Positions 61,051-64,000 of a stretch of DNA of 64,000 bases are shown piece by piece. Origin of the DNA: Candidatus Poribacteria bacterium. GTDB taxonomy: Bacteria > Poribacteria > WGA-4E > WGA-3G. The position numbers and the translations under genes are program-made. The DNA lies in NCBI GenBank assembly GCA_965215265.1, contig OZ244048.1, positions 3,040,001-3,104,000 on the forward strand. The letters run 5' to 3'. Numbering within the stretch: the stretch's first letter is position 1; each line of letters opens with the position of its first letter. The notes under the pieces are model-generated. The model was not told the DNA's origin, made no database searches, and saw nothing but the letters and a program-made list of their open reading frames with translations.

Positions 61051-61482
61051 CTATAAATCTGTACTGCCGAATCCGCCCCGAGATGGAGCAATCATCTGTT
61101 CAACTTCATTCCAATGTGTCCTATCTACACGGACGAAGACAGCTTGTGCGATCCGTGCGCCTCTTTCAACAGTGACAGTTGCGTCAGTGAAATTGTAAAC
61201 CTGAATTTTTAGTTCGTCATCTTCTCCACAGTAATCGTTATCCACAACCCCTAAGCCTTGTGGCATCAGCAATCCAAATTTTCGTGGTGTGCTGCTGCGC
61301 AGGCAAACCATCAGCATATAGCCAGGGGGTGTTTCAACGATTATATTTGCAGGTATCAGGCAGATGTCTTGTGGCGCAATTTCAGCAGCTTCACGACAGA
61401 GCAGATCTAAACCGACGGCCCCTTCAGTTTCGTATTTGGGCAACGGGAGCGTCTTATCTACGCGTTTGATATTAATTCTCAT
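61051..61482 (-). CDS. dut: dUTP diphosphatase (trimeric)
   Basis: G.DL, RSS, GVVDNDY.G, RIAQ and SRGGFGST; ATG at 61482. Confidence 0.92.
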   Translation of the reverse strand: MRINIKRVDKTLPLPKYETEGAVGLDLLCREAAEIAPQDICLIPANIIVETPPGYMLMVCLRSSTPRKFGLLMPQGLGVVDNDYCGEDDELKIQVYNFTDATVTVERGARIAQAVFVRVDRTHWNEVEQMIAPSRGGFGSTDL

Positions 61483-62366
61483 AACGGAACAACGACTCCC
61501 ATTACCTTGCATTTAATCTGATAGATAGAAGTCGTTGCTGTAATAAAGAGGGTTTTCCAATCATCTCCACCCCATGTGAGATTCGCCGTGCGTTCCGGAA
61601 CAAGAATTACACCCAGATGTGTTCCGTCTGCAGCAAAAACCCAAATTCCTCCGGGGCCGGTTAAGTAGACATTCCCTTCAATATCTACTTTCATACCGTC
61701 TGGTTTCCCGTTGTCGCCCTCTTCCTCTGCAAACACGCGGCCGTTCGTAATTGCCCCATCAGGTTGGACATCAAAAGCCCGGACGTGCATCCGCTCGGTG
61801 TCGTTAATGTAGAGGATGGACTCATCCGGTGAAAAGCAGAGACCGTTGGGCCTGTCGAAATCATCAATCAGGAGCATCAACGTATCCTCATCAGGTGCCA
61901 GGCGATACACCCCTTGAAAATCAAGTTCCTTTTCTGCGGCAACCCCATACGCAGAAGTTAATCCATAGGGCGGATCTGTGAAATAGATACTTCCATCCGA
62001 TTTAACGACAACATCATTTGGGCTATTCAAACGTTTGCCTTGATAGTGCGATGCAATTGTGATTACCTGGCCATCCGCTGTTGTTCGGGATACGCGGCGA
62101 TTAGCGTGTTCACAAGCAATGAGGCATCCGTGCTTATCGTAGGTGAGTCCATTTGACTTTCCTGACGGTGCACGGTATATACTCATGCCTGATGTCGCGT
62201 CCCATCTCTTCATTGCGTTCGCGGGAATATCGCTGAACAGCAAAAAATTCTCGAGAGTATTCCAAAGTGGTCCTTCGGTAAATTGGCATCCGGTTGCCAA
62301 TTGTTCGACAACTGCTCGTGCATCAACTAAGTCTAATAACCTTGAATCGCGTAGATCTAGCGCCAT
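61479..62366 (-). CDS. SMP-30/gluconolactonase family protein
   Basis: TEGPLW, SNGL, NSPND, YFTDPPYG, PNGLCFSPD and PDGM. Confidence 0.92.
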   Translation of the reverse strand: MALDLRDSRLLDLVDARAVVEQLATGCQFTEGPLWNTLENFLLFSDIPANAMKRWDATSGMSIYRAPSGKSNGLTYDKHGCLIACEHANRRVSRTTADGQVITIASHYQGKRLNSPNDVVVKSDGSIYFTDPPYGLTSAYGVAAEKELDFQGVYRLAPDEDTLMLLIDDFDRPNGLCFSPDESILYINDTERMHVRAFDVQPDGAITNGRVFAEEEGDNGKPDGMKVDIEGNVYLTGPGGIWVFAADGTHLGVILVPERTANLTWGGDDWKTLFITATTSIYQIKCKVMGVVVPL

Positions 62367-62630
62367 TATGAAAAATCCTTTCTTTCAGGGCACTGTACTT
62401 TTTTATCCGAATTGTGATTTTCCACGAAATTTATCCTACGATATCTGATTCGCGGGAGGCAATTTCAAAGGAGATATACCATAATTTTGCTCGCAATCCA
62501 GCCGTGTTCACAAATTACATCCCCAGCGTTGCTGAGCCCCCATTTTTTTCTTGACATGTGCTCCCGAATCATGTTATTATAAACAAAAGTTAACTCGTTT
62601 TAGGGATGCCCTACGATCGGAAGGAATTCA

Positions 62631-62704
<74 letters not shown>

Positions 62705-62727
62705 AATTCATTATATTGACATTATAT

Positions 62728-62756
62728 AGTATAACAACTCAAATGTCTTTTGTCAA
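62728..62756 (-). promoter_or_regulatory. Sigma70 promoter for tRNA-Arg
   Basis: TTGACA-17 bp-TATACT with TG. Confidence 0.7.
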
Positions 62757-62806
62757 ATTTTTTTAGACTGTTTGGTTTCAGAAAAACAGTAATGAGGAAT
62801 AAGCAG

Positions 62807-63865
62807 ATGAAACGTAGATTTCAACAATTCTCCATATTAAGTCTCATAGTGCTTTTCTTGTTTAGCCTCGCTCCAGAGGAGGTAGAAAGTCGGCGCGGCG
62901 GTAGAAGTTTCAGCCGCAGTTCCAGCCGGCGGAGTTATAGTGCACCGAGGCGCTCCTACAGTAAGACTCGCTCATCGCGAAGCACCTATACGCGTCCGAG
63001 GACAACGTCTTCGACATCACGGCGTAGTAATTATAGCAGAACCACGCCGAGAAGTACTAGCACCCGAGCGAGCACAGCAGCACGCCAAAAACAGACGGCG
63101 ACGAACCGCGCGAGGAACACAACTGCAACCCAAAGGACTACAAGTGCAACAAGAAGCCAACAGCGGAAATCCACCGCGCAAAACCGAAAACAGGTGCGAC
63201 AGCTCAAAACTGAGAACCGTAGTTTAAAACGGCAGGTCAGAAGAGCAGACAGGCGGACCGCTAGGGCCCGACGCGACGCGCGTGCAACTATTAACGTTGG
63301 CAATTTTGGGATGTATTATCCGGTCACGGCTTATTCAATGTACGGTCTAACTGCCTCTATGGCGTTTAACAACATCTTGTACGGTATATATTTCCACGAT
63401 TACTATAATCACGCGATTCGGCATAGTTACTTGTGGCACTATCACCATCCGAGTTATGACCGGTCACATTGGGATGCTAAAAAACAGGCGGAGTACGAAT
63501 ATTATAAGGAATACTACGAAAGCCAAGGCATTGAACCCAATTCAAACTACGTTGATCCGGGTACCAATCGCGATGAAGATTACGCTGCAAGTTACGTTGA
63601 AGAGAATCCCGATAAATTTTATGGGGAGAACGCTGTCGCTTTCACGGTTGAAGAGCTTCCTGATGAAGAAGCACTGAAACAAGAGCTCCTTGCTTCTGCC
63701 GAGTCATCATCAGTCACTGCCACAGCATCACGTGCGCCCCCAGTCCCGGAGAAAATTGTCATTGAGAATAGGACCTCCGGCGGAACGTGGTTCCTCCTTA
63801 TATTCGGCAGCTTTATCATCGTCGGAGCTATCGTGCTGGTGATGTACAATAAAGGCTATTTCTAA
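62807..63865 (+). CDS. Hypothetical exported protein with an Arg/Ser/Thr-rich low-complexity region, a Tyr/His-rich core and a C-terminal TM anchor
   Basis: Signal peptide MKRRFQQFSILSLIVLFLFSLA, RS-rich segment, C-terminal hydrophobic helix; GAGGA RBS. Confidence 0.75.
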   Translation: MKRRFQQFSILSLIVLFLFSLAPEEVESRRGGRSFSRSSSRRSYSAPRRSYSKTRSSRSTYTRPRTTSSTSRRSNYSRTTPRSTSTRASTAARQKQTATNRARNTTATQRTTSATRSQQRKSTAQNRKQVRQLKTENRSLKRQVRRADRRTARARRDARATINVGNFGMYYPVTAYSMYGLTASMAFNNILYGIYFHDYYNHAIRHSYLWHYHHPSYDRSHWDAKKQAEYEYYKEYYESQGIEPNSNYVDPGTNRDEDYAASYVEENPDKFYGENAVAFTVEELPDEEALKQELLASAESSSVTATASRAPPVPEKIVIENRTSGGTWFLLIFGSFIIVGAIVLVMYNKGYF

Positions 63866-63935
63866 CATAGAAAACACCAGAGGCTGACATCGTTACGCCA
63901 ATTTAAAGTGAAGCCTTAACAATGTAGGTAGGAAG

Positions 63936-64000
63936 ATGGCATTTTTTCGTAGAAAAGATGGGAAATCCCTCTTTGGTAAAGAAAAGACGGCTGATAAGAA
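63936..64000 (+). CDS. 5' fragment of a gene running off the window
   Basis: AGGA RBS then an open frame MAFFRRKDGKSLFGKEKTADK. Confidence 0.45.
   Translation, partial: MAFFRRKDGKSLFGKEKTADK

Overview
A bacterial chromosomal window with no integrase, transposase, prophage or CRISPR array. The left 38 kb carries envelope and catabolic genes: a beta-barrel-SppA fusion, pcm, a PorV-like barrel next to an Fn3/FlgD-CTD protein, two YCF48/BNR-repeat proteins, an aminotransferase, thrB, a motif-degenerate P-type ATPase, a DUF6785-like transporter, uppS, rsgA, PhyH, a sulfatase-like hydrolase, OmpA, M48, YceI, vWA, a decayed SNF2-SWIM gene and a FadL-like barrel. Positions 38.4-57.9 kb hold the str-S10-spc-alpha ribosomal supercluster on the minus strand, followed by nagA-folA-thyA-dut-gluconolactonase, tRNA-Arg(CCG) and an Arg/Ser-rich membrane protein. 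This gene content resembles Candidatus Poribacteria (inference only). Most notable observations: (1) S12 has K43S, P91S and G92N at canonical streptomycin/accuracy sites, with parallel changes in S5, EF-Tu and 50S protein loops; (2) a 73-bp GTGG-footed, covarying REP-like hairpin occurs four times inside the ribosomal operon, and two identical copies form inverted repeats around rplE-rpsN; (3) an intact 939-aa P-type ATPase has lost every catalytic and ion-binding motif I could check; (4) the sulfatase-like enzyme has Thr in place of the formylglycine precursor. All motif comparisons were made by eye against recalled consensus sequences; no database searches were run.
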